Counted from the stretch's first letter, positions 44,301-54,856 are shown. The stretch is 64,000 bases of DNA from Bacteriovoracia bacterium (GCA_050251055.1 JBFWNL010000001.1:395825-459824); one strand, 5' to 3'. Notes: generated by a model not told the origin, from the sequence alone. Numbers and translations: made by a program.

Positions 44301-46897
44301 CCCAGAAGAATAGATACGACAGTGTGCAACGAGACCCCGTGCAGAGCATGTTAGACATGGGGCAAACGCGGGAACCGAGTGCTCCGTCACAGCCCTATCA
44401 GTTTTCGAATTACTACGACCCTATCGAGCGCATCGCCAATCATTACTACTACACCCCGGAAGAAATCGAAGCGGTGCGGAAAGAGATTTATCCGTTCGCG
44501 GAGCGGAACGGACTACGCGGCAACGATTTCAACCGCGCACGTCGAGAGTCCAACCGCACGGATCAAGAAGGCGTGAGCGCACTCGACGAAATCGAGCAGA
44601 TCGCAAGTTCTGAAAAGCACGAAGACGCGCGCCTGCTCGCCCAAGTCATCAATAATCCCGAAGCCCGGGATCAGCTGATGGATAAATTCGCGGAACGCCA
44701 ACTCGCGTCCGGCGGCTCGCTTGAATTCGGCCCGGGCGAGGCGCGCGCCGAACTCTTGGAGTACCAACGCGACGTCAAGCGATCCCTACTTCATCCCCTC
44801 GTGCGCTCCGCCGCCCTCGAGCAGCAGAAGCAGGTGAAGGCGATGATCGATCAAATCTGCAATCCCAAGCTCGACCTCACTCAACCCGAGGACCAAAAGG
44901 TATTCGCCGAACTTTACTTCAAGGTCATGGGCCAACAGGACAAGCTCAATCACCTGCTCGGCCTCCCGGGCCTGCCGCCAGCGGTCATGCAGCGCCTAGA
45001 GGCCATGTCCCACTCGGAAAAAGTGAAGATGATTTGGGACCTGGGGCAGCTCCCGTTGATGCTCGGCATGGCGCTCTTCGGGGGAACCTGTATCGCGCTC
45101 ACCGGCGGCATCTGTGGCGTGGTCATGGCCGCGCTGATTGTCGGCGGCCAGGCGGCAAGCTTTGGCCTGACGGTCGATAACTATGTCGACGCCCGCGAGC
45201 GCGCGGCCCGCCTGGAACCCTTCATCGGCATGGGGCTAACGGCCGTGGACGCCGATCGCCAACTCATCGATAACCGCTCGCGCTTTTCCATTCCCTTCCT
45301 GATCGACGACGACGAAACCGGCAACAAGGAACTGGTCTTCGAAGCCGCCATGCTCCTGCCCGGAGTCCAGATCGTCAAGGAAGGCTTCATGGCCGGGAAA
45401 ATCATGGTCAGTAGCGGTGCCCGTCGCCTGATCACGCGCATGGCCCCGGCGGAACGCGCGCTTGCGGGCGAAGCGATCTTGGAGGCCGTGGAAATTTCAC
45501 GTGCCGGTCGTTTAGCGCGTCTCCCGCTTCCCCACGCCGAACGCTTGGCCAAGGCGGCTACGGACGTCACGTCCAATGGCGAGGATCTCCTACAAGCCCT
45601 CAAAGCCCAAACGCGTGTCCCCACTAAGGCCGTCACCGAGCAGCACCTGGCCGAACAGGCCGCCAAGCAGTTTGGGGGCAACAAACGCTCGTTCGCCAGC
45701 TATATGTTCCGGGACGCCATGGGGCACAGTTTCTTTGGCGTGAACGGAGCGGTACGCATCAATAGCCGCGCCGCCACCGTAACCACCATGCAAGCCGACC
45801 AGGTCGCCATGCTCGGAAAAGCCGTCGAGCAGGCCCGGGCCTTAAGAACGGCCGGAAAGCTTGCGCCCAAAGCCAAGGCCGCGCTCGAGAAATTCGAGGA
45901 ACTGGAAAAAACCGCCGGCCGCACCAATGCCTTGCGCCAGCTGGCCCTGGACACTTCGCAAGTCAGCGATGATCTGGTCGAGAGCATGCCTTTCCTTTCA
46001 CGGCGCTGGACCTACCGAAACTGGGGCTCGAACCGTTTGGGCCTGGACACCGACCGCGTTCTACGCGCGATCGAAAGTAGCGAAAAACCTCTCGCGCAAG
46101 CCATCCTCGACAACGGCCCCGCGTTCTGGGATGTCACCAAACGCCTCCCCATCCAGAAGCGCGGCGCTTTCGTCGGTATGTTTCTCAAGGGCGCGCCCGA
46201 CTGGTTGACCAAGGACCTGGGTAGCTTACCCTTCCTGCGCCAGCTCACCGCGAAGTCGAACTTATTGGACCTCGCCCACGCCCGCGACGTGCTTTTAAAT
46301 GCCGCCGATGTCGACGATGCCGCCCGTGCCGTGAAAGCGGCGCTGCTGGAAAACGGGCTGGTCACCACCGGCGAAGCCGCACGCATTAATGGGCTGCAGA
46401 GCCAGTACATGTTCAATATTATGCGTAAAGCCGCGCTGGAGCGAGGCGATCGCATGGTCACCGCCAGCGGCCAAACCTTGGCCCAAGCCCTGAGCGAGGG
46501 GGAGCTAAAAATTGCGCAGGCGGTGTCGCAGCGTTTTTCCAAGCCCGGGATCATGCAACGACTGACCAACCCTAGTCTCTGGCGGAACAAGAGCGCGTGG
46601 AAAGAGTTCTTTGAAACCGGAATTCAGGACCCCGAGCGCGTGCGAAGAATTCTCTTCGCCCCTCAAAATCAAATGGAGCTGGCTCTACGGCGCGTGCTTC
46701 TGGAAAACTCGGACGGGCGGACCATTCTGGAAGTGTCGGGTTCGGCCAAGTATGCCCACGAAATCGCCGAGGCGCTTCGCAAACCCGCAAACGACTTGGA
46801 GCTAGACGCCATGCTACAGGCCGAGATGATCGAAGCGCTCATCCGTCGGAACATCGTCGATCCCCTCGGCGCGAAGCCGAACCTGCCGGCGTTCTAA
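41390..46897 (+). CDS. 1835-aa secreted hypothetical protein with central hydrophobic hairpin
   Basis: Long ORF, signal peptide ending SAMA, about 45-aa Gly/Ala/Leu-rich segment at roughly 45030-45175. Confidence 0.85.
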   Translation: MGFSRVFEKSLCLLLATLVSLPPSAMAGEPSTRPAEAPKNGAYDPTLLDYQRRFQAPEAKDFEQYRDQASDAAGIFNLMSSGMRPAASGGPEIPPDILHSFESFRASVALVGRNGMRNNDSLHALANQTAAKTEKERRKMSDALTDPNDRRISEKITQAGKIRDNVQKYLLNNDPKITPEMKWGVFRRYLEDVVNPIDDLVRFLHISYPDGRAYVGGNASLIMAIPRSMIKGENERATLMLSGYVASEGKYPGSQMCVMEVDSTARLATDLRAIMLAINQSQNGTKDMNADMYLHGLRLMSLQMLLSQLEYYKKLAGTSEDVELPDGCMKRFQMDEATKIHFKDDPVTTQNARIDELLERMSVIPPTNQADPDPEKEVARQRRYAYYMQTVSPSVVESGFRGVLPFAQRRRAERAANYYGKVAEGPAFDDFTQFDDVMPRLDPVMEKAVHSELSPYFGRQDLRDAATEDRVMADLREITAVRHDLHTSDYFEKSRRTIFARELYAVERAVNLPSTSGKPEYRNPLQQTNPSEILNGYGRRDPIAEADRLKAMGAQRAQAYFANIQSDARTYGAPDPLKGFRRGPEHDALILETNDPIPPWFEGTVYRLPPRKDIDPSQDQIPVQVFTVKTMKGEIPIAPGQGIRVDQNGMPEGMFSVSTPQTGNGVPSSLNYDLIRLIDGMPIYDRHRVATVLRAELKAGTNQADKLADRISGLGWNDPQLVPPAVSERLRRQTIDYSIMPHLDSSDDWVKSALGDLSEYLQDRTSYRKLLEKMESTSAGRRLLEKYGQGNATLGLAVIRGKLRTYARPGPASTDYSPLRPVPRESAEFRALYNDLREIWKSADLPSKRANAWDYLSGQISGQVANPWAMIALGVEVERERKNQSPHARSEINGFEAGVTTLGLGKGKAFSPMHGNRVALPEAQFRDAWREAVREEDARFGYLLNAPVNWHTMGQANAWRGYENARATYAAQKNRYDSVQRDPVQSMLDMGQTREPSAPSQPYQFSNYYDPIERIANHYYYTPEEIEAVRKEIYPFAERNGLRGNDFNRARRESNRTDQEGVSALDEIEQIASSEKHEDARLLAQVINNPEARDQLMDKFAERQLASGGSLEFGPGEARAELLEYQRDVKRSLLHPLVRSAALEQQKQVKAMIDQICNPKLDLTQPEDQKVFAELYFKVMGQQDKLNHLLGLPGLPPAVMQRLEAMSHSEKVKMIWDLGQLPLMLGMALFGGTCIALTGGICGVVMAALIVGGQAASFGLTVDNYVDARERAARLEPFIGMGLTAVDADRQLIDNRSRFSIPFLIDDDETGNKELVFEAAMLLPGVQIVKEGFMAGKIMVSSGARRLITRMAPAERALAGEAILEAVEISRAGRLARLPLPHAERLAKAATDVTSNGEDLLQALKAQTRVPTKAVTEQHLAEQAAKQFGGNKRSFASYMFRDAMGHSFFGVNGAVRINSRAATVTTMQADQVAMLGKAVEQARALRTAGKLAPKAKAALEKFEELEKTAGRTNALRQLALDTSQVSDDLVESMPFLSRRWTYRNWGSNRLGLDTDRVLRAIESSEKPLAQAILDNGPAFWDVTKRLPIQKRGAFVGMFLKGAPDWLTKDLGSLPFLRQLTAKSNLLDLAHARDVLLNAADVDDAARAVKAALLENGLVTTGEAARINGLQSQYMFNIMRKAALERGDRMVTASGQTLAQALSEGELKIAQAVSQRFSKPGIMQRLTNPSLWRNKSAWKEFFETGIQDPERVRRILFAPQNQMELALRRVLLENSDGRTILEVSGSAKYAHEIAEALRKPANDLELDAMLQAEMIEALIRRNIVDPLGAKPNLPAF

Positions 46898-46925
46898 CGA
46901 CGTCCGACGCCCTCACTTAGTGGAA

Positions 46926-47987
46926 CTAGAAACAGCCTTCTTCTTGGCCGCGACGAAAGGCGGCGGCGCGAATATCATCGTAATCGCCCACTTCCTTTCC
47001 TTCGGCGTTCACCACTTTTCCTAGTCGATTCTTAGGGTCTTTCGGGAAGCCCTTTTCGTCGAGGTCGCCCAGCATCCGATTCTTCATGAACTTCTGGAAG
47101 CCGGCGGGGGACCTTTCTATGTCGGTGGCTTTCGCGAAGTCAGCCATCATTTCGGTTCTCAGCTTGAGCTCAGCCGGATCCAAGCGATCCATGAAGTGCC
47201 GATCCAGCATGCCGGAGTCCATCAGTTTCTTGAGATCGACCTGCTTATTAGGATCAAATCCATAAAGATTGAAAACCGAAGAAATAAAGGCGCGGCCGTC
47301 CTTCGACTTGCGTAAGTCCCGGATCACATTGGCCTGGGATTCCAGCACGGCGAGCTGGGTCGAATCAGAAGTTGCCCTAAGTACCGCGTCCCCCGAGGCG
47401 CCGTTGATGCCGGCCTCCCGAAAAGCAATCGCCATATTGGCTTGCGCGTCCCTCACGGTCTTTGCCTTGGCGGCGGCGCTCTGGATTCGACCTTCGGCGG
47501 CCGTCCCCACCCGGCGCAGGACTTTGTTGAGTCCCAATCCGTAAAAACCGCCTTCGTTACAATCGACCGCTTCGAATACTTCCTTGCCGATCGTCTGGTA
47601 GCGCGCTTCGGTCTTCACGAGCCTTTGTAGAGTTTCCGTCATTTGCGAATTGCTAAGTTTAGCCACGCCATTTAACTCGAGATGGCTTGCAATACCGCTC
47701 CTCGACGCCCACGCTTCCACCGCTTTCACATCCGCCATATCCACACCGGCCTGCCGGGCGGCGACGTGGAGCGCTTGATAGTAATGTTGACCGGCCGCAA
47801 GCTGATCACCCGTGTAGCCGATCGCCTTACCGGCGGCCCGGAAAAGCTTATCCATTTCGGAGCCGGGTACCGCTTCTTCGAACGCCCGCAATATCCCACC
47901 CACCCCGCTCGCGTATGCGGCTAGGGGTAGCCCAAGCATCAGGGCCATGACAACCAAACGGGACGATTTCTTCCTGAAAAAAGTCAT
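46926..47987 (-). CDS. Secreted helical hypothetical protein
   Basis: GGAGGAG SD, signal peptide ending AYA, extended -10 TGCTACAAT at 48011-48019. Confidence 0.75.
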   Translation of the reverse strand: MTFFRKKSSRLVVMALMLGLPLAAYASGVGGILRAFEEAVPGSEMDKLFRAAGKAIGYTGDQLAAGQHYYQALHVAARQAGVDMADVKAVEAWASRSGIASHLELNGVAKLSNSQMTETLQRLVKTEARYQTIGKEVFEAVDCNEGGFYGLGLNKVLRRVGTAAEGRIQSAAAKAKTVRDAQANMAIAFREAGINGASGDAVLRATSDSTQLAVLESQANVIRDLRKSKDGRAFISSVFNLYGFDPNKQVDLKKLMDSGMLDRHFMDRLDPAELKLRTEMMADFAKATDIERSPAGFQKFMKNRMLGDLDEKGFPKDPKNRLGKVVNAEGKEVGDYDDIRAAAFRRGQEEGCF

Positions 47988-48026
47988 ACTCACACGCTCC
48001 TCCGCTTCAAATTGTAGCAAGGCCTA

Positions 48027-48053
48027 TTAAGATCTCAATGGATAACCCGATCA
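48027..48053 (+). promoter_or_regulatory. sigma28-like promoter TTAA-N15-CCCGATCA
   Basis: Canonical 15-nt spacing; AGGAGG SD downstream. Confidence 0.45.
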
Positions 48054-48076
48054 GACTATTACAGGAGGGGTGGTCC

Positions 48077-48796
48077 ATGCATAGAACCCTATTCGCTTAC
48101 GTCAATATTCTGACGTTACTTTTGGCTACGCCCGCGACTCGCGCGTTCGCCGATCCCACGACGGCCCAGAAGGATGCCTGCAAGAAAGCTTTCAATGACG
48201 CCTGCGCGAAGGTCGTGGCCGATGGCGACAGCCAGCTAGCGATTCTACGCTCCCCCAACGGGGACACTTTCGGATTGGATTGCACCGCTGCGTATAAGAA
48301 CAACGTTTGCCACCGTCCGACTCAAGTGACCACGCCACAGATGATGGACACGATCAACACGGTCGTGCCGGCCTCCACTGACGTGGCGGCCGAATGCAAA
48401 GCGGTGGCCGACGAGTTAAAGATCACGCGCGAGCTCACGGAGCAGCAAAAATCCAATTTAGGTCTCTACGCCGCCATGGGTCTAGGCGGAGCAGCCCTTG
48501 GAGGAGCCGCCGTCGCGGCGGCGTTTCTAAGCAAGGCGGGCGTACCGAACTTCGGAAACGGACGCAGCATTTGCACCGACTTGGGCTCGATGTTCCTGAG
48601 CAAGAACCCAGCCCAGCAAAAAACCATGCTCTATGCCTTCAATCATATGAAGGGGGATTTCGACGAGGTCTGTAAGGCCGATCCCGAGCTCTGCAAACGA
48701 TTCGTCAAGTTTCTCAACGATCCAAGCACGAAGCCGGAAGACGTGAATCGCATCGCCAACGAGCTACAGGTTTGTCATATGAGATTCGCCGGCTAA
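48077..48796 (+). CDS. Secreted Cys-rich protein with glycine-zipper hydrophobic segment
   Basis: AGGAGG SD, signal peptide ending AFA, multiple Cys, AMGLGGAALGGAAVAAAFL. Confidence 0.75.
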   Translation: MHRTLFAYVNILTLLLATPATRAFADPTTAQKDACKKAFNDACAKVVADGDSQLAILRSPNGDTFGLDCTAAYKNNVCHRPTQVTTPQMMDTINTVVPASTDVAAECKAVADELKITRELTEQQKSNLGLYAAMGLGGAALGGAAVAAAFLSKAGVPNFGNGRSICTDLGSMFLSKNPAQQKTMLYAFNHMKGDFDEVCKADPELCKRFVKFLNDPSTKPEDVNRIANELQVCHMRFAG

Positions 48797-48818
48797 TCTA
48801 GCGCACGAAAAATAGATC

Positions 48819-48857
48819 GAACGCCCCCAAGCGAAAGCGCGGGGGCGTTTTCGTTTC
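48819..48857. terminator. Terminator between convergent genes
   Basis: AACGCCCCC ... GGGGGCGTT stem with GAAA loop and T-rich tail. Confidence 0.7.
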
Positions 48858-48877
48858 TAAAGCTCGATTCCCAATGG

Positions 48878-50134
48878 CTAGCCGTCGAGCGGCGGCGGCA
48901 CTTCTACCGGGATGTGGCGGCCATCGGCGCTATCCACCACCGACGGATTGATCTTGATCGAAGCGCGCTTATTAAGCGCTTTGATCCACTCCCCGCGCAG
49001 TTCGTTCGATTTCGCCTGCAGGAGTTCGCCTCGGATGCGGGTCGTTTCTTCGCTCGCCGGGCCTGCGAGCTTAGATGGGTCCGCTTCAATCTTCTTGTCC
49101 ACCCACGCCACGACCACGCCGCGGGCCAAAGTGTACGCCTTTGCCTTCCCCCCCTGAGCCGGGTCAATCGGGGACTTGGCCGCAAACGCGTCCTTCATGA
49201 GCTCGTCCGAAGGCCCGAGACCTGGAATATAGGGATTCTTGCGGGAGACCTCGGGGCTGGTCTTCAGCTCCAGACCGTGAGCCTTCACCGAGGCCGCCGT
49301 CGCCCCTTCTTTAATGAACCGGGCCGCCAAGTTCTGGCTCAGCTTGTCGACTTCCGCCGACTTCGTCGAAGTGACGATGACGTCGCGCGCGACCTCCTGC
49401 TTTACCTGGTCAAACGTCTTACCTTTATACTGGGTGGTTTTTAGCTCCTCGAAACGAGCCTTGGCGAGGTTGAGCTTCGGTTCGTCCTTTAGGAAAGCTT
49501 GCACCTCGGTCGCGGGCACGCTCACCTGCTTGCGCATGACCTCGGGCGAGATCAGCACGTACTTGAAGATGCGCTTGGTTTCGGAAACCAGGAACTCCTG
49601 GCGGACCTCTTGACTGGAGACGTGAATGCGGCTCTTGAAATAGTCGTCCCAATGCCCGACCGTGAAACGCTTTTTCATGTCCTGTTCAAAGGTGGAAACC
49701 GAGAGATCGTTTGCCTTCAAGAGCTCGTTATACCGATTAAAGTCAAACTTGCCCTCAACGTGGAAGTCGGGGATCTCCTTGATCCGCGTGCGGATTTCCT
49801 CATCCGAGGGGACCACGCCGACCCGAATGGCTTCCTGGACCATGAGCCGCTGGTTAATCATGTCCCGAAGCACGCCTTCCTTGATCTGAAAGGCCTTCAT
49901 TTGCTCCTCGGTGAGGTTCATCCCGCGGTAAAACTGCATCCGTCGATTTAATTCCCGATTGAACTCGGCCACCGTGATGGCGTCCCCATTCACCGACGCG
50001 GCCATGGAACCGCCAATGAGCTGGCCCGACTTGCCGGGAGTAAAGAGCCCCGAGAAGACGAACACGAACGCGATAAAGCTGATGATGATCCCGACAATCC
50101 AGGGGCCCAAACTCGTTCTCATTGTGCTTAGCAT
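48878..50134 (-). CDS. SurA N-terminal domain / PpiD-like membrane-anchored chaperone
   Basis: N-terminal TM, ASVNGDAIT, GVVPSDEEIR...IPDF...GKFDFNRY; no clear PPIase motif. Confidence 0.85.
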   Translation of the reverse strand: MLSTMRTSLGPWIVGIIISFIAFVFVFSGLFTPGKSGQLIGGSMAASVNGDAITVAEFNRELNRRMQFYRGMNLTEEQMKAFQIKEGVLRDMINQRLMVQEAIRVGVVPSDEEIRTRIKEIPDFHVEGKFDFNRYNELLKANDLSVSTFEQDMKKRFTVGHWDDYFKSRIHVSSQEVRQEFLVSETKRIFKYVLISPEVMRKQVSVPATEVQAFLKDEPKLNLAKARFEELKTTQYKGKTFDQVKQEVARDVIVTSTKSAEVDKLSQNLAARFIKEGATAASVKAHGLELKTSPEVSRKNPYIPGLGPSDELMKDAFAAKSPIDPAQGGKAKAYTLARGVVVAWVDKKIEADPSKLAGPASEETTRIRGELLQAKSNELRGEWIKALNKRASIKINPSVVDSADGRHIPVEVPPPLDG

Positions 50135-50208
50135 TATTTCTCCTCATGCACCCGGTCACCGGTTGCATTTCATTTCATTCCCCAGTACCCTGTCACGAAG
50201 GGATCTCC

Positions 50209-51150
50209 ATGTTCAAGTATCTGAAAGAATACAGATTTTACATCATCCTGTTTCTTTTTATTTTGATCCCGATCATTTCCATCGACACGACCGCGCGGGC
50301 TCCACGCGATTATCGATTCTACGACAAGGTCATTGTCTCGATCACGACGCCGATTCAAGCCTCCATCACCTGGACCCTCGAGTCGCTCGTTCACCTTTTT
50401 CAGAACTATATTTATCTCTGGAACACTCGGCAAGACAACATTGCGATCATGGAAGAAAATCGCAAGCTTTTGAACACCATCGTCAACCTGCGAGAAACCC
50501 AGGAAGAGAACCTCCGCCTGCGTAAGCTACTCGGATTTTCCGAGGAATTCAGCCTAAAAGCCGTGGTCGCGCGGGTCATCTCAAAGGATGCCTCCACCGA
50601 ATTCCGCACCATCCGCATCAATCGCGGCGAAAGCTCCGGTATCCGTAAGGACATGGCCGTAATTAATAACGAAGGCGTCGTTGGCCGCATTCTACGCGTT
50701 ACTTCCAACACGGCCGATGTCGTGACGATCCTCGATCTGCTTTCCGCCGTGGATTCGATCGTGAAACGCTCGCGCGCGCGCGGCATCGTCGAAGGCATGA
50801 CCGACGAAGCCTGCCAGCTGAAGTTCGCGCTGCGCACGGATGATATTCAACCCGACGACCTGCTCGTTTCCAGCGGTTTGGGCGGGATTTTCCCGAAGGG
50901 AATTCCCGTCGGCAAAGTTTCGGAAGTGAAGAAAAAGGAATACGGCATCACGCAGACCGTGGAGGTACGCCCGAGCGTTGATTTTTCCAAGCTCGAAGAG
51001 GTCCTCGTCATCACCGATCCTCAGCACTCGCCCATGCATGTGACCACGAAGGTCAAGCTTCCGACGGGCACGACCGCTTCGTCCGCGCCAGGTCCCAGCG
51101 CCTCCCCGGCGCCCGAGACCGCTCCTAAGCCGGAGCGTTCGCGACAATGA
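50209..51150 (+). CDS. mreC: Rod shape-determining protein MreC
   Basis: N-terminal TM, ENLRLRKLL coil, INRGESSGI, SSGLGGIFPKGIPVG. Confidence 0.95.
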   Translation: MFKYLKEYRFYIILFLFILIPIISIDTTARAPRDYRFYDKVIVSITTPIQASITWTLESLVHLFQNYIYLWNTRQDNIAIMEENRKLLNTIVNLRETQEENLRLRKLLGFSEEFSLKAVVARVISKDASTEFRTIRINRGESSGIRKDMAVINNEGVVGRILRVTSNTADVVTILDLLSAVDSIVKRSRARGIVEGMTDEACQLKFALRTDDIQPDDLLVSSGLGGIFPKGIPVGKVSEVKKKEYGITQTVEVRPSVDFSKLEEVLVITDPQHSPMHVTTKVKLPTGTTASSAPGPSASPAPETAPKPERSRQ

Positions 51151-51713
51151 CGTATTTAATCATCCGTGCCCTCAACGCCCCGATCCTAATTCTGCTCGTC
51201 TCGATCGGCGCCGCGATTCAAACTTCGCTCTTCGCGAACTGGCCGTTTCTTTACCTGCAGCCCGACGTCATCCTGCTCGCCACGATCTGGTGTGCGCTGA
51301 AGCGCTCGTTCACCGAGGGCGGCGTGCTGGTTTTGATCTTAGGTAACGTGGCCGAAGTCCACAGCGGCGCCCCCCGCGGGGTTTTCCTCGCCACCTACAT
51401 GGCGGTGTACCTCATGATCCGCGGCATGGGAAAGCTCGTACTCATCGATCAGCTCTCCTCTTTCGTCGGATTGACTCTCTTCACCTCGATCTTTTGGAAG
51501 CTCTCGGTGCTCTTCGTACTGTCGACATTGGGCATCGGCGAGAACATCTGGCGGCACACCCTCGCCCTCATGCTTCCCTGGGCCGTGATGGAGGGCGTGG
51601 TGGGGACCTGGGTCTTCAAGTGGTTCGAGAAATTCGACTGGGTCACTTTCAAGGACCCGCGCGCGCGCGCCAGCGCCGAAGAGGCGTTGCAACTGGACGA
51701 GGAGGGCCTGTAG
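51147..51713 (+). CDS. mreD: MreD-like membrane protein
   Basis: Multi-TM with QPDVILL; located between mreC and mrdA. Confidence 0.75.
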   Translation: MTYLIIRALNAPILILLVSIGAAIQTSLFANWPFLYLQPDVILLATIWCALKRSFTEGGVLVLILGNVAEVHSGAPRGVFLATYMAVYLMIRGMGKLVLIDQLSSFVGLTLFTSIFWKLSVLFVLSTLGIGENIWRHTLALMLPWAVMEGVVGTWVFKWFEKFDWVTFKDPRARASAEEALQLDEEGL

Positions 51714-51716
51714 TCG

Positions 51717-53705
51717 ATGGCATTCCTGGGTCAAGAAGAGCAGCTGCGCGAGTTACAGGACCGCTTCCGCCTCTTGCACATTGTAGTATTTATCGGATTC
51801 GGCCTGCTCGTCTCGCGCCTGGTGTACCTGCAGATCTTCAACGGCGATAAGATGCGCCAATACTCGGAAGAAAACCGCATCAAGCGCGTGACCATCCCCG
51901 CTCCGCGCGGGATGATTTTTGATCGCCACCGCACGTTATTGGTCGACAACCAACCCTCCTTCGACCTCGAAGTGACCCCGCAGTACCTGCGCGAATCCAA
52001 GCGCGGTCCCGAGGTGCTGGATCAGATCGCGAAGCTGCTCGACATGCCACGGGAGGCGATTGATAAAAGGCTCGAGAAGGCACGCGGCCAACCGGCGTTC
52101 ATGCCGGTGAAAATCAAAACGGACCTCACGCGCGACGAGGTGGCGAAGATCGAAACCTGGAAGCTCAACATGCCCGGCGTGGCCGTGGAAATGGAGATCC
52201 AACGTACGAACGTCTTCGGAGAAATCGCCGCCCACTTCCTGGGCCACATTGGGAAAGTCACCCAGGATGAGCTTCCCAAGCTCTCCACGCGCGGCTATAG
52301 GCTAAACGACAGCATCGGCATGGTCGGGATGGAACGCCAAATGGAAGAGACCCTACGGGGCACCGATGGCCACGAGCTCGTCGAGGTGGACGCGCTCGGC
52401 CGGCGCATCATGGCCGGCAGCGCCTCGGCGGCGAAGGGGAAAGGGCGCGTGCTCACGTCCCAGCAGACGACGGGCAAATCCGCCGTCCCCGGGCACAATC
52501 TCATCCTCACGATCGACCAGGATCTGCAGCTCGCGGCCAAGCAAGCGTTCGGCGACAAGGCGGGAGGCCTCGTCGCGATCAACCCCAAGAACGGCGAAAT
52601 TCTGGCCATGCTTTCGGTGCCGGCGTTCGATCCCACGGAGTTTTCCCGTGGGATCTCGCCCCAAACCTGGGAGCGCCTGATCAACAACGTCGATCTCCCG
52701 ATGCGCGACAAAACGATCCAGGACCATTACCCGCCCGGCTCGGTCTTCAAAGCCGTGACCGCGCTGGCCGGGCTAGAGGAAGGTGTCATCACCAAAGACA
52801 CCGTTTTCAACTGTGGCGGCAAAATCCGCGTGGGCAATCGCGAATACCACTGTCACAAACGGGGAGGCCACGGCAACGTGACGGTCACGCAGGCGCTCGA
52901 GCAATCCTGCGATATCTTTTTTTATCGCGTTAGCCAAAAGCTCAAGAGCGTGAACGACATCTCGAAATGGGCCTTCAAGCTCGGCCTGGGCAACAAGACC
53001 AACATCAATCTACCGCGCGAGGTTTCGGGACTCATCCCCACCGAAGAATGGAAACAGGCCCGGCTAGGCCAAGCCTGGAACGGCGGCGAAACGCTAAACG
53101 TCGCCATCGGACAGAGCTTCGTCCTCGCAACCGTGCTTCAGCTCGCCAATACATACGCGACAATGGCGAACGAGGGCATCCTATACCGCCCCCACTACGT
53201 CAAACGCATCGAAACCTCGGACGGCCATCTCATCAAAGAGTTCGGGCCGGACGAGATCGAAAACATCCACATCAAGCCCGAGAATCTCGAGCTCGTGCGC
53301 AAGGGGCTGTGGATGGTGGTGAACAGCCCCCACGGTACCGCCTATAGCCAACGCCTGCCGCTGATGGATTTCGCTGGTAAGACCGGTACGTCCCAGGTCG
53401 TGCGCCAAACCGCCGACAAGATTTACAACAAATGCGAAGGCCTACCCTACCGCTTCCGACATCACGGGCTGTTTGCCGGCTTCGCGCCCGCCGACGATCC
53501 GGTCATCGCGGTCGCGGTCATCGCCGAACACGCCTGCCATGGGTCGTCGGGAGCCGCGCCCATCGCCAAAGCCGTAATCAACACTTACCTGAAAAAGGAG
53601 TTCCCGGATAAATACACCGACGAGGCCATTGCCAACGCCCGCAAGCAGAAGGCGGTGCTGCCTCCACGGGCCGACCAAACCGAAGACCAGGTGGACGGAG
53701 AATGA
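51717..53705 (+). CDS. mrdA: Penicillin-binding protein 2
   Basis: [18 protein letters not shown] (SxxK), SCD, GKTGTSQ. Confidence 0.96.
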   Translation: MAFLGQEEQLRELQDRFRLLHIVVFIGFGLLVSRLVYLQIFNGDKMRQYSEENRIKRVTIPAPRGMIFDRHRTLLVDNQPSFDLEVTPQYLRESKRGPEVLDQIAKLLDMPREAIDKRLEKARGQPAFMPVKIKTDLTRDEVAKIETWKLNMPGVAVEMEIQRTNVFGEIAAHFLGHIGKVTQDELPKLSTRGYRLNDSIGMVGMERQMEETLRGTDGHELVEVDALGRRIMAGSASAAKGKGRVLTSQQTTGKSAVPGHNLILTIDQDLQLAAKQAFGDKAGGLVAINPKNGEILAMLSVPAFDPTEFSRGISPQTWERLINNVDLPMRDKTIQDHYPPGSVFKAVTALAGLEEGVITKDTVFNCGGKIRVGNREYHCHKRGGHGNVTVTQALEQSCDIFFYRVSQKLKSVNDISKWAFKLGLGNKTNINLPREVSGLIPTEEWKQARLGQAWNGGETLNVAIGQSFVLATVLQLANTYATMANEGILYRPHYVKRIETSDGHLIKEFGPDEIENIHIKPENLELVRKGLWMVVNSPHGTAYSQRLPLMDFAGKTGTSQVVRQTADKIYNKCEGLPYRFRHHGLFAGFAPADDPVIAVAVIAEHACHGSSGAAPIAKAVINTYLKKEFPDKYTDEAIANARKQKAVLPPRADQTEDQVDGE

Positions 53706-54856
53706 CCTACAGCTCTACCGAATCCGACATCAGCCATCTTGACGGAACGCCTCGGGTCGGCACTTACGAAGAGGAATTCAAGAAGTTCAACTGGACGCTC
53801 CTCGTGCTGGAGCTGCTGCTCTTTGGGATTGGGCTCTGGAACCTGATTAGCGCCACCAGCCAGGGCGTGCACTATGTCGCGCTCTACCGCACCCAGCTCA
53901 TGTGGTTTGGAGTCGGAATCGGCCTTACCGGCATCGTCCTGCTCGTCCACTATTCGACCATCGCGCGGCTGGGCTACGCAATCTACTTCGCCAATCTACT
54001 CCTGCTCGTAGGGGTGCTCTTTTTTGGGCGCTCTTCCCTCGGGGCTAAACGCTGGCTGGGCTTCGGCGGTTTCAACATTCAGCCGTCGGAGATCATGAAA
54101 GTCTCGCTGGTGATCTGCCTTGCCAAGTACTTCGAGTCGGACCGCGTGATCGGGGGCTACCGACTCAAGGATATGGCCCTGCCCTCGCTACTAACCGCGA
54201 TTCCCGCCTTTCTCATCATGCTCCAGCCCGATCTGGGCACGGCCATGATCCTGCTACTGACCTTTGGCAGCATGATGCTCTTCATCCGCATCAGCCCTCG
54301 CACGATCCTCGTGCTGGCCGTCTGCGGAATGATCGCGATTCCCGCGGCGTACCAATTCGGACTGAAACCCTACCAGCGCCAACGTATTCATACTTTCATC
54401 GACCCCATGTCCGACCCCAAGGGAGCGGGCTACAACTCCATTCAGTCCATGATCGCGGTAGGGAGCGGCAGTCTCTTCGGCAAAGGATATAAGAAAGGCA
54501 CCCAAAGCCAGCTGCAGTTCCTGCCCGAGCACCATACCGACTTCATTTTTTCCGTCTTCAGCGAGGAGCACGGCTTCGTCGGCTCTTTGATCCTGGTCCT
54601 GCTCTACATCATTTTCCTTCTGAACGGGCTGGCGGTCGCGTACCAGTCCAATGACAAGTTCGGGCTACTGCTCGCCTTCGGGATCAACTGTATCTTCTTT
54701 TGGCATGTTTTCATCAACATGGGCATGGTCATGGGGATCCTGCCCATCGTCGGGGTGCCGCTGCCGTTCCTGAGCTACGGGGGATCCTCCCTGATTACCG
54801 CCATGATCGGGGTCGCGATCCTGCTTAACGTCGCCAACAAGAAATTCATGTTCTGA
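53702..54856 (+). CDS. rodA: Peptidoglycan glycosyltransferase RodA
   Basis: [37 protein letters not shown]. Confidence 0.96.
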   Translation: MTYSSTESDISHLDGTPRVGTYEEEFKKFNWTLLVLELLLFGIGLWNLISATSQGVHYVALYRTQLMWFGVGIGLTGIVLLVHYSTIARLGYAIYFANLLLLVGVLFFGRSSLGAKRWLGFGGFNIQPSEIMKVSLVICLAKYFESDRVIGGYRLKDMALPSLLTAIPAFLIMLQPDLGTAMILLLTFGSMMLFIRISPRTILVLAVCGMIAIPAAYQFGLKPYQRQRIHTFIDPMSDPKGAGYNSIQSMIAVGSGSLFGKGYKKGTQSQLQFLPEHHTDFIFSVFSEEHGFVGSLILVLLYIIFLLNGLAVAYQSNDKFGLLLAFGINCIFFWHVFINMGMVMGILPIVGVPLPFLSYGGSSLITAMIGVAILLNVANKKFMF

